Assembly (NCBI GenBank): GCA_963722265.1
Contig: CAVRKR010000005.1
Span: 93,010-157,009, forward strand
DNA: 64,000 nt
Direction of reading: 5' to 3'
Source of the DNA: an uncultured Alphaproteobacteria bacterium
Lineage (GTDB): Bacteria > Pseudomonadota > Alphaproteobacteria > Rhizobiales > Xanthobacteraceae
Positions 55,910-64,000 of the stretch are shown here, piece by piece. The translations under genes were made by a program, and so were the position numbers. Under the pieces are notes generated by a model, which saw only the letters and a list, made by a program, of their open reading frames with translations, ran no database searches and was not told the DNA's origin. Each line of letters begins with the position of its first letter. Position 1 is the first letter of the stretch.

Positions 55910-56218
55910 ATGGCAAAGGGCTACTGGATCGCGCGCGTCAATGTGCACAACCCGGACGGCTACAAGGAGTACGTTGCGCAGAACGGCGCGGTATTTGCCA
56001 AATATGGCGCCAGGTTTCTGGTGCGAGCCGGCAAGCACGTGCCCAAGGAAGGCTCCTCGCCCCCGCGCAATGTGGTGATCGAATTCAAGGACTATGAGAC
56101 CGCGATCGCCTGCTACAACTCCCCCGAATATGTCCGCCTGGTCGCGCTCCGCAGCCCCCACGCCGAAGCCGATCTCGTGATCATCGAAGGCTATGACGGG
56201 CCGCAGCCAGGAGCCTGA
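55910..56218 (+). CDS. DUF1330 protein
   Basis: KYGARFLVR, VVIEF, YNSPEY. Confidence 0.88.
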   Translation: MAKGYWIARVNVHNPDGYKEYVAQNGAVFAKYGARFLVRAGKHVPKEGSSPPRNVVIEFKDYETAIACYNSPEYVRLVALRSPHAEADLVIIEGYDGPQPGA

Positions 56219-56297
56219 TGGAGTGCCTGATTGAGTGGGATCGGTTGCCGTAATGGCCGGCGGCGGCTATACGGCAAGGGTGTGCGAGGTCTGAAAA

Positions 56298-57113
56298 ATG
56301 TCCGACATGCGCTTGATCGTTGCGGGGGCGGGCGGCCGTATGGGCCGTGCGCTGACGCGCGTCATCTCGGAGACCAGGGGCGCGGTGCTGGCCGGTGCAC
56401 TGGAAGCGCCGGCCTCCGAGCTGCTCGGCAAGGACGCCGGCGTGCTTGCCGGCCTGCCGGCCAATGGGGTTGAGCTGTCGGCTGATCTCTGGACGATGTC
56501 GGCCAATGCCGACGCCATCCTCGACTTCACCGTGCCCGGCGCAACCATTGCGAACGTCGCGATTGCCGCCGAGCGCGGTATCGTTCACGTCATCGGCACC
56601 ACCGGGCTCTCCGGATCGGACGATGCCGTGATCAAGAGCGTCACCTCGCGCGCCATCGTGGTCAAGTCGGGCAATATGAGCCTCGGAATCAACCTTCTGG
56701 CCGCATTGGTGAAGCGGGTGGCGCAATCACTCGACGAGGGTTTCGACATCGAGATTTTGGAGATGCATCACCGCGCCAAGATCGACGCGCCGTCCGGCAC
56801 CGCCTTGATGCTCGGCGAAGCCGCCGCGGCGGGCCGCAAGATTGCGCTCGAAACTCATTCGGCGCGCGGACGCGACGGCGTCACCGGGGCGCGCCGCGCA
56901 GGCGACATCGGCTTTGCATCGTTGCGCGGCGGCACCGTCACCGGAGACCACAGCGTGATCTTTGCGGGGGCCATGGAGCGCATCGAGCTCACCCACCGCG
57001 CCGAGGACCGCACCATGTTTGCGCAGGGCGCGGTGAAGGCCGCATTGTGGGCGCGCGGCAAGAAGCCCGGGCTCTACACGATGACCGATGTGCTCGGACT
57101 TGGTGATTTCTGA
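56298..57113 (+). CDS. dapB: 4-hydroxy-tetrahydrodipicolinate reductase
   Basis: [27 protein letters not shown]. Confidence 0.97.
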   Translation: MSDMRLIVAGAGGRMGRALTRVISETRGAVLAGALEAPASELLGKDAGVLAGLPANGVELSADLWTMSANADAILDFTVPGATIANVAIAAERGIVHVIGTTGLSGSDDAVIKSVTSRAIVVKSGNMSLGINLLAALVKRVAQSLDEGFDIEILEMHHRAKIDAPSGTALMLGEAAAAGRKIALETHSARGRDGVTGARRAGDIGFASLRGGTVTGDHSVIFAGAMERIELTHRAEDRTMFAQGAVKAALWARGKKPGLYTMTDVLGLGDF

Positions 57114-57141
57114 CAGACTTTAGTTCAAACGGAACGCAAGA

Positions 57142-57765
57142 ATGAGCGATCGTCTTCTCGTGCTGTTGCGTCACGGCCAGAGCGAATGGAATCTGAAAAA
57201 CCTCTTCACCGGCTGGAAGGATCCCGACCTGACGGAGAAGGGTATTGCCGAAGCCGAGGATGCCGGCCGCAAATTGAAGGCGCAGGGGTTCATCTTCGAC
57301 ATCGCCTTCACCTCGGTGCTGCTACGCGCGCAGCATACGCTCGATCTGACACTCGCCGAGCTTGGCCAGAGCGGCATTCCTGTCCGCAAGCACCTCGCCC
57401 TTAACGAGCGCGACTATGGCGATCTGTCTGGCCTCAACAAGGACGACGCCCGCAAGAGATGGGGCGAGGAGCAGGTGCATATCTGGCGGCGGTCCTACGA
57501 CGTGCCGCCGCCCGGTGGCGAAAGCCTGAAGGACACGTTGGCGCGCACGCTGCCCTATTACGTGCAAGAGATTCTTCCCTGCGTGCTGCGCGGTGAGCGC
57601 AGTTTGGTGGTGGCGCACGGCAATTCGCTGCGCGCGCTGATCATGGTGCTGGAGAAGCTTTCGCCCGAGGGCATTCTGGCGCGTGAACTCGCGACCGGCG
57701 TACCGGTGATCTACCGGCTGAACGCCGACGCCACTGTCGCATCGAAGCTCGATTTGGCGGAATGA
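57142..57765 (+). CDS. gpmA: 2,3-bisphosphoglycerate-dependent phosphoglycerate mutase
   Basis: [26 protein letters not shown]. Confidence 0.97.
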   Translation: MSDRLLVLLRHGQSEWNLKNLFTGWKDPDLTEKGIAEAEDAGRKLKAQGFIFDIAFTSVLLRAQHTLDLTLAELGQSGIPVRKHLALNERDYGDLSGLNKDDARKRWGEEQVHIWRRSYDVPPPGGESLKDTLARTLPYYVQEILPCVLRGERSLVVAHGNSLRALIMVLEKLSPEGILARELATGVPVIYRLNADATVASKLDLAE

Positions 57766-57855
57766 GCGAGAGCGCCGGGATTGTTCTGGATCACGCGCTG
57801 TTTCCGGATAACCGGCCTTGCGGCGCGGCAATGTGCGGAAGCGGCTGGATGAACC

Positions 57856-57933
57856 GCAGGATGGGTTGAGCGAAGCGAAACCCATCAGCCACATCAACAA
57901 GGACGACGGGTTTCGCTTCGCTCAACCCATCCG
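57856..57933. repeat. REP doublet (REPIN-like) between convergent gpmA and ada
   Basis: GGATGGGTTGAGCGAAGCGAAACCC inverted with GGGTTTCGCTTCGCTCAACCCATCC. Confidence 0.8.
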
Positions 57934-57941
57934 AATCCTCG

Positions 57942-58838
57942 TTAGTGTATCCCCATCTGACCGGCTTCCCAGCCGATCATCGCCTGCTTGCGGGTGATGC
58001 CCCAGTGATAGCCGGTCAGCGCGCCGCTCTTGCCGAGCGCGCGATGGCAGGGCACCACGAACGAGATCGGGTTCTTGCCGACCGCGGCGCCGACGGCGCG
58101 TGAGGCCTTGGGGCTTTTGATCTTGTTGGCGATGTCCGAGTAGCAGACCGCGCGGCCCATCGGGATTTTTAACAGCGTTTCCCACACCCGGACCTCGAAA
58201 TCGGTTCCGATCAGCGTGACGCGCAGCGGCTGGTCGGGCCGCCAGAGTTTCCTGTCGAAGATGCGCTGCGCCAAGCCTGCGGTACCGGCATGGTCCTCGA
58301 CATAGGCCGCGCGCGGCCAGCGCCGTTGCATGTCGGCAAGCGCCGCCTGTTCTTCGCCGGGATCGGCGAACGCCAGACCCGCGAGACCCCGTCCGCTCGC
58401 GATTACGACGGCGGTGCCGAACGGGGAGGGATGGAAGCCAAAGCGCAGCGTCATGCCGGCGCCGCCGTTCTTCCATTCGCCGGGCGACATCGCTTCATGG
58501 GTGACGAACAGATCATGCAGCCGGCCGGGCCCGGAAAGTCCGGTCTCGAGCGCGGCATCGAGCACGCTCGCGGAATCGCGCAACAGACCCTTGGCATGGT
58601 CGAGCGTCAGCGCCTGCATGAAGGCCTTCGGCGTCAGCCCGGCCCAGCGACGGAACAGATGGTGGAGTTCGTCGGGCGTGACGCCGGCTGCGTCCGCTAC
58701 CAATTCGATGGTGGGCTGCCGGCGCCAATGCTCCGAGATAAAGGCGATGGCGCGGCGTACCGAATCATAGTCGCGGAGCGCGGCGTTCTGCGCACCCGGC
58801 TTGGTTAGGCGATGGTCATGGATTGCAAGGTTCATCAT
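57942..58838 (-). CDS. AraC-HTH/methylated-DNA-protein-cysteine methyltransferase (Ada/Ogt-like)
   Basis: FRRWAGLTPK, GRLHDLF, RAVGAAVGKNP, PCHR. Confidence 0.92.
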   Translation of the reverse strand: MMNLAIHDHRLTKPGAQNAALRDYDSVRRAIAFISEHWRRQPTIELVADAAGVTPDELHHLFRRWAGLTPKAFMQALTLDHAKGLLRDSASVLDAALETGLSGPGRLHDLFVTHEAMSPGEWKNGGAGMTLRFGFHPSPFGTAVVIASGRGLAGLAFADPGEEQAALADMQRRWPRAAYVEDHAGTAGLAQRIFDRKLWRPDQPLRVTLIGTDFEVRVWETLLKIPMGRAVCYSDIANKIKSPKASRAVGAAVGKNPISFVVPCHRALGKSGALTGYHWGITRKQAMIGWEAGQMGIH

Positions 58839-58896
58839 GCGCCTGATGTAGGTCGGCCGGGGCGTCCAAACCACCCGATTCCCGACTTCAGTTCCA

Positions 58897-58940
58897 TAGC
58901 GTTTTCAAGGAAGGGGACGGTTACGCGTCAAAATAACTAG
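58897..58940. repeat. Internally deleted copy of the CTAG-bounded repeat
   Basis: TAGCGTTTTC...ACGCGTCAAAATAACTAG. Confidence 0.5.
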
Positions 58941-59455
58941 GCTACCGGATTATAGCTCGGGCCGCGCCGCGCAGCCTGGAGTGCAGCCATTAAGGCATTG
59001 GCAAAGCTTGCCTTTTCGTCGGGACCCAGAAAGCTGCCAATGGCGACCCGGCGGCCCCTGGAGACCAGATAAAGCTTCTCGACGCCATATTCGGGGTGGC
59101 TCTTGCGGTCGAGTTGCACCCATAGCGGATTGAGCACGAATTCCATCACATGGCCGCGATGGCTCGTTCGGCGAACGCGCAGTTCTGACGGCGTCACCCG
59201 GATTTCCTCGCTCGCCTTGGCACGGCGGAAATTGATCCGGAAGGCCCAGTAGATCGCCAGCACGTCGAGGCCAAAAAAGCCCAGCACCGGCCAGGCACCC
59301 ATCAACAGGAATGCAAGCCCCGCGGCGAAGCTGATCACGCTGACAAACGCCATCACCACCAGAAAACCGCTGCGACTGAGCGAGCGATGCGGCGTCAGCA
59401 GCGCCGAAAACAATTCCGGCTGCGCGTGAGGATCAAAATCATTGCCTGCGGTCAT
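58937..59455 (-). CDS. DUF2244 membrane protein
   Basis: LTPHRSLS, GAWPVLGFFGLD, GSFLGPDEK. Confidence 0.88.
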   Translation of the reverse strand: MTAGNDFDPHAQPELFSALLTPHRSLSRSGFLVVMAFVSVISFAAGLAFLLMGAWPVLGFFGLDVLAIYWAFRINFRRAKASEEIRVTPSELRVRRTSHRGHVMEFVLNPLWVQLDRKSHPEYGVEKLYLVSRGRRVAIGSFLGPDEKASFANALMAALQAARRGPSYNPVA

Positions 59456-59477
59456 GGCGTATCAGTATACCCGGATC

Positions 59478-60263
59478 ATGCCGAAAATCACCCGCCGTCC
59501 CCAGCCCAAATCGAAACGTGCGAAGGCCCGACGCACCAGGAAATCCGCCAGGAAAACCGCCAAGAAAACCGCCAGGCGAATTGTGGCCAAACCGCAGCGT
59601 GCGCGGGCGGCAGCCAAAAAGCCTGAACGCTGGACCGCGGCGGAAGTTCACGAGGCCTTCAGCCGCTTTCGCAAGGCCAACCCCGAGCCGAAGGGCGAGT
59701 TGGAGCATCTCAACCCGTTTACGTTATTGGTTGCGGTCGTGCTCTCGGCGCAGGCGACGGACGCCGGCGTCAACCGCGCCACCCGCGCGCTGTTTGCGGT
59801 TGCCGACACGCCGCAAAAGATGCTGGCGCTCGGTGAAGAAAAATTGCGCGACTACATCAAGACCATCGGGCTCCACCGAACCAAGGCCAGGAACGTCATC
59901 GCGCTGTCGGAAAAGCTGATCAACGAATTCGGCGGCGAGGTGCCGCGCACCCGCGCCGAAATCGAATCCCTGCCGGGCGCGGGGCGCAAGACCGCCAATG
60001 TCGTACTCAACGTGGCATTCGGCGAACACACCATGGCGGTGGATACCCATGTGTTTCGCGTCGGCAACCGCACCGGGCTTGCGCCCGGCAAGACGCCGCT
60101 TGAGGTCGAGCTCGGACTGGAGCGCGTCATTCCGCCCGAATTCATGCTGCACGCCCATCACTGGTTGATCCTGCACGGCCGCTACACTTGTCTGGCGCGC
60201 AAGCCGCGCTGCGAAGTCTGCTTGATCAACGATCTCTGCCGTTGGGGCGAGAAGACGGTGTGA
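59478..60263 (+). CDS. nth: Endonuclease III
   Basis: VLSAQATD, LPGAGRKTAN, VDTH, C-x6-C-x2-C-x5-C. Confidence 0.96.
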   Translation: MPKITRRPQPKSKRAKARRTRKSARKTAKKTARRIVAKPQRARAAAKKPERWTAAEVHEAFSRFRKANPEPKGELEHLNPFTLLVAVVLSAQATDAGVNRATRALFAVADTPQKMLALGEEKLRDYIKTIGLHRTKARNVIALSEKLINEFGGEVPRTRAEIESLPGAGRKTANVVLNVAFGEHTMAVDTHVFRVGNRTGLAPGKTPLEVELGLERVIPPEFMLHAHHWLILHGRYTCLARKPRCEVCLINDLCRWGEKTV

Positions 60264-60380
60264 AGCCTCATCCTAATGGCCGATGGTTGGACCTTGTCCC
60301 CGGAACAGGCCAAGCCTAGGCTCCCCAAAAGCGCGCGCGACGCCCAACTCAAGGGCAGCGTGGATTTCGGGAGAGACGCC

Positions 60381-61589
60381 ATGCAATTACGTTTCGTGCT
60401 TGTCGTGGCTTTGGTGGCCGCGAGCTTAACTGCGCCTCGTGCGCAGGCGCAGATTTCCGACGACGTGGTCAAGATTGGCGTGCTCAACGATCAATCGGGC
60501 CTCTATGCGGATCTCGGCGGCCCCGGCTCGGTGGTCGCAGCAAAGATGGCGGTTGAGGATTTCGGCGGCACCGTGCTCGGCAAGCCCATCGAGATCGTTT
60601 ACGCCGATCATCAGAACAAGTCGGATGTCGGCGCCGCCATCGCGCGCGAATGGTTCGAGGTCGGCAAGGTCGACATGGTGATCGGGTTCGACCATTCGGC
60701 GGTGGCGTTGGCGGTCGAGCAGTTAGCCGCCGAGAAAAACCGCATCGCGATTGCGGCAGCCGTCGGCAGCACGGCCTTCACCGGCAAGTCATGCACGCCC
60801 ACCGAAGCGTCCTGGATCTATGACAGCTACGCGCTGACCACGAGCCTTGCGAAGGCGATTGTGGCGGAGGGGCGCGACAGCTGGTTCTTCATCACCGTCG
60901 ATTACGCCTTCGGCCATTCACTCGAGGCCGATGCGACGGCCGCGGTCAAGGCCGCCGGTGGAAAGGTGCTGGGCAGTGTGCGTCATCCGCTCAACACCGC
61001 GGATTTCAGTTCGTATCTGCTCCAGGCGCAGGCTTCGGGCGCGAAGGTCGTGGCGTTTGCCAATGGCGGCGGCGACATGGTCAATGCCACCAAGCAGGCG
61101 AACGAGTTTGGCCTTACGAAAAATCAGACCATCGTCTCGCTCCTGGTGTTCATTTCCGACGTGCACAGCATGTCGCTTCAGTCAGCCCAGGGGCTGAAGT
61201 TCGTCACCGCGTTCTACTGGGACCGCAACGAGGAACCCCGCGCCTGGTCAAAACGCTTCTTTGAGCGGCATGGCAGGATGCCGACCATGTCTCAGGCCGC
61301 CGTCTATTCGGCGATCCGGCACTACCTCGGCGCCATCGCCGCCGCCGGGACCGACGAGGCCAAGGCCGTGATGGCGAAAATGCGCGAGCGGCCCGTCAAC
61401 GATTTCTACGTCAAGAACGGAAGGCTTCGCGAGGACGGTCGTCTCGTCCACGACATGTATTTCGCGCAAGCGAAAACGCCGTCCGAATCGAAAGGGCCCT
61501 GGGACTATTACAAGATCCTCGCCACCATCCCTGGCGATCAGGCGTTCCGGCCGTTGGCCGAAGGCGGCTGCCCGCTGGTGGCGCATTGA
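60381..61589 (+). CDS. Branched-chain amino acid-type ABC substrate-binding protein (stand-alone)
   Basis: Signal peptide, KIGVLNDQSG, ADHQNK, DYAFG; no permease genes adjacent. Confidence 0.9.
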   Translation: MQLRFVLVVALVAASLTAPRAQAQISDDVVKIGVLNDQSGLYADLGGPGSVVAAKMAVEDFGGTVLGKPIEIVYADHQNKSDVGAAIAREWFEVGKVDMVIGFDHSAVALAVEQLAAEKNRIAIAAAVGSTAFTGKSCTPTEASWIYDSYALTTSLAKAIVAEGRDSWFFITVDYAFGHSLEADATAAVKAAGGKVLGSVRHPLNTADFSSYLLQAQASGAKVVAFANGGGDMVNATKQANEFGLTKNQTIVSLLVFISDVHSMSLQSAQGLKFVTAFYWDRNEEPRAWSKRFFERHGRMPTMSQAAVYSAIRHYLGAIAAAGTDEAKAVMAKMRERPVNDFYVKNGRLREDGRLVHDMYFAQAKTPSESKGPWDYYKILATIPGDQAFRPLAEGGCPLVAH

Positions 61590-61633
61590 TTTTGTCGCGT
61601 TTCCCTTTGGTCGCTGACCGTACAGGACGCTGT

Positions 61634-61793
61634 GCGTGTCCCGGACGCGGTGCAGCGTTCTTTACGATGCACCGCAGAGCCGGGACCCACCCTCCGCGAG
61701 ACAGGCTGGGCCCCGGATCAGCAGCGCACCGCATAGCGTATCGAAGACGCGCGTGAACGCGCCTATCCGCGCTGCGCAGCGTCCGGGGTACGC
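61634..61793. repeat. Palindromic intergenic repeat
   Basis: GCGTGTCCCGGACGC...GCGTCCGGGGTACGC terminal inverted repeat with internal GCGGTGCA/TGCACCGC hairpin. Confidence 0.7.
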
Positions 61794-62545
61794 TATCCTA
61801 CAGGCATGCCGCGCTTGCTCGCGGGCTCGATCAATTCCGGTCGAGGTCCGCTCAGGCGTTTGTGCATGTGGACCATGAGCGCCATGCCGAACAATGGCGT
61901 CGCCAGATTGACGATCGGGATCGACACGAAGGCTGCAATGATGAGGCCGGCGGTGAACACCGCCGCGGCATTATCCCGGCGCATCGCCTTGGCCTCTGCG
62001 GGCGTGCGAAATCGCATCGCCGCAAGCTCGAAATATTCCCGCCCCAACAGCCATGCGGTCGCGATGTAGAATGCAAGGAAGCCTGCGCCGGCGACGAACA
62101 CGAACGGCAGCGCGATCAGATAGACCAGAATCGTCAGCGACGCGGTCTTGACGCCTTCGGTCATGGCAATGCCGAACGGCAAGGCGCCACCGGGGCGCTC
62201 GGCCGGATAATGCTCGCGCTCGACATGGTCGGCGACCTCGTCGACAAAAACGCTCGCCACCAGCGAAGTGATCGCCGGCATCAGCAACACCGCGCCCAGC
62301 ACGACGCCGAGACCGGCGGCGATCGAGACGATCCAGGCAAGAATGTTCAGCGGCGTCTGGAAGGAGGGGCCCAGCATCGCTTCGGCCCAGCCTTCGCCCG
62401 AGGTTGCGAGCCAGCTCAGCAGTCGTTGCAGGCCGATCGCCAGCACCACGATCAGCACCAGCGCGAGCCCGATCGATCGCCACAGAATCGAACGCATCGG
62501 CGGCGACAGGATTTGCGACAGCGCCTTGACGGCAGCATCCAGCAT
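61793..62545 (-). CDS. EI24/CysZ-like membrane protein
   Basis: VEREHYP, WLLGREYFE, IPIVNLATP. Confidence 0.85.
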   Translation of the reverse strand: MLDAAVKALSQILSPPMRSILWRSIGLALVLIVVLAIGLQRLLSWLATSGEGWAEAMLGPSFQTPLNILAWIVSIAAGLGVVLGAVLLMPAITSLVASVFVDEVADHVEREHYPAERPGGALPFGIAMTEGVKTASLTILVYLIALPFVFVAGAGFLAFYIATAWLLGREYFELAAMRFRTPAEAKAMRRDNAAAVFTAGLIIAAFVSIPIVNLATPLFGMALMVHMHKRLSGPRPELIEPASKRGMPVG

Positions 62546-62780
62546 GATGGCTCTTGTCCTCTGCGAAAGCCCCCGCGAGAGGTAGACATGCGCCGATGCT
62601 TCGGCAAGTGCCGAGCTGACGTGTCGGGCATGGGTTTGCCGGGGCCGGAATACCAGCGGAAGGACCTGCTGCGATCCAAGATCGGGACGGACTTGTCCTG
62701 AGGGACTTGCTCTGATGCTTGTTGCCGGGCCCAGCGCTCACGGAGGAACGGATTTTGTATCTGCCTTTATAGGCGCGAGA

Positions 62781-63746
62781 TCAATATTGTGGGCGCGTCG
62801 CTTTCGGACTCACGGCGACCAGTTCGATGTCGATCACTTCGGTCACGGTGATGCTCTCGACCCGCATCGCGGCTTCATCGTCCAACACTACTTCCCCAGC
62901 TGAAATCGACGTTTCTTCGTCAATCTCTTCAGGAACGAGCGGCGGCGACCTGAGCGCTTCTGGAAACACGCCGAATTGGCCCGCTACCTCCGGGAGCGGC
63001 TTCTGTTTATCTGCCCAATGCAAGGCGGTGTAATCGAATCCGTGCACGATGGTGGGTTTGACGATTTCGAAATAGGGCGAGATGTCGAAATCGCGCGGCA
63101 TATAGAGCGATAAATCGCGGATATGCAGGATTTCGCGGCGCGCCTGCCTCGAGCCGGCGCGCGTGATCTTGGGCAGGATCGGGTAGCGCACGGCGTCGAA
63201 CGCCTGCGCGATCAGCGCCGAGCAGATGATCTTGGTGGGATCGCCGGAACCGAACGCGATCATCCGCCGCCTCCAGCGCTGCGGGATCGGCAGCGGGATC
63301 AGAAAGCGCATCAGATCGAGAATATTCTTGGTGTCGTAGCCGAAGCCGATCCGGTTGATGGCATAGCGGCACACCGTGTAGCGGTCCTCATACATCAGGC
63401 CGACCGGCCGGCACAGCCGCGTGTGATAGGCGAAATATTTCGACAGCGGCGCCGAGGTGACGCCCTCGCCGATATTGGCCTCGATCAGCACGTGCGGCTC
63501 GCCGTCCGGCTCGATCGCGCCCTCGATCGCGCCGACGTACAGCGCGGCATGCGACCATGTCGACTGGGTCAGGTATTTGATGATGCCGGAAACCCGGTTG
63601 TTGCCCTCGACCAGCAGCACATCGCCCGGCTGGATGATACCGCGCAGATGCTCCGGGTCGCTCGGCGTGAACGGCTCATAGCCGGGCACTTCCTTTTGAA
63701 GATAGGAAGCGATCCACTTGCCGACCGTATCGAGCATCACGCCCAT
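62781..63746 (-). CDS. YiiX/YebB-like permuted papain (NlpC/P60) family protein
   Basis: PGDVLLVEG, QSTWSHAALY, GYD, ICSALIA. Confidence 0.85.
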   Translation of the reverse strand: MGVMLDTVGKWIASYLQKEVPGYEPFTPSDPEHLRGIIQPGDVLLVEGNNRVSGIIKYLTQSTWSHAALYVGAIEGAIEPDGEPHVLIEANIGEGVTSAPLSKYFAYHTRLCRPVGLMYEDRYTVCRYAINRIGFGYDTKNILDLMRFLIPLPIPQRWRRRMIAFGSGDPTKIICSALIAQAFDAVRYPILPKITRAGSRQARREILHIRDLSLYMPRDFDISPYFEIVKPTIVHGFDYTALHWADKQKPLPEVAGQFGVFPEALRSPPLVPEEIDEETSISAGEVVLDDEAAMRVESITVTEVIDIELVAVSPKATRPQY

Positions 63747-63939
63747 GAAGGTGTCTTCCCCCCGGCGGCCCTTCCGACCGCATTTTTCGATCCTTATCAT
63801 GGTCGAAAGCCGTTGCAATTTAGTTCATGCAAATCAGAGATCAATCATGATTGATTCACCATGACGTTGCCGCTTGGCCTTGGATGCGGCAAGTTCGCGG
63901 GATGTTCTCAACGCTCATCAAAACTCCGGAAACCATGAC

Positions 63940-64000
63940 ATGGCAATGACGCGGCGCGATCTCCTTTCGGCCTCGGCGGCCGCTATGGCGTTTGCGCCGG
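63940..64000 (+). CDS. Start of a Tat-exported protein (runs off window)
   Basis: MAMTRRDLLSASAAAMAFAP twin-arginine signal. Confidence 0.55.
   Translation, partial: MAMTRRDLLSASAAAMAFAP

Noticed and set aside
63839-63854. Palindrome ATCAATCATGATTGAT as an FNR/FixK box
   Set aside because: Half-sites are in the opposite order to TTGAT-N4-ATCAA; it may be another operator but cannot be assigned

Overview
GC-rich alphaproteobacterial chromosome segment, Bradyrhizobium/Nitrobacteraceae-like, that spans the putative replication origin. The origin side carries parA(5' part)-rsmG-mnmG-mnmE-rho-hemJ with four parS palindromes, an AT-rich oriC candidate at about 6.47-6.91 kb, and then ppsR-maf-coaE-dnaQ. 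Next come secB, Tim44-mltA-smr, hslUV, hisBHAFE-coaA and a CtrA-boxed ShkA-like hybrid kinase. An accessory block at about 26.4-38.4 kb is followed by gshB-yraN-rsmI, hemW-rdgB-rph, hrcA-grpE, dnaKJ-pmtA-pyrF, dapB, gpmA, ada and nth. The accessory block is the most interesting part. (1) An intact IS1182 sits in the terminal hairpin of a ~0.5-kb palindromic repeat. (2) A 2.4-kb IS1595-family element has landed exactly between the -35 and -10 of the LexA-boxed comM promoter. Its cargo is a possibly HEPN-like 212-aa protein, two unannotated basic micro-ORFs, a four-way-junction structured RNA candidate and a dense GANTC cluster. (3) A second copy of the comM SOS promoter, with a degenerate comM 5' end, fronts a small Cys-containing membrane protein within a run of small secreted-peptide ORFs. 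About 15 apparent indels between 11.9 and 30.0 kb (mltA, smr, hisA, hisF, kinase, comM and others) most likely reflect assembly error. Gene calls come from recognising protein motifs and synteny by eye; no database search was run.
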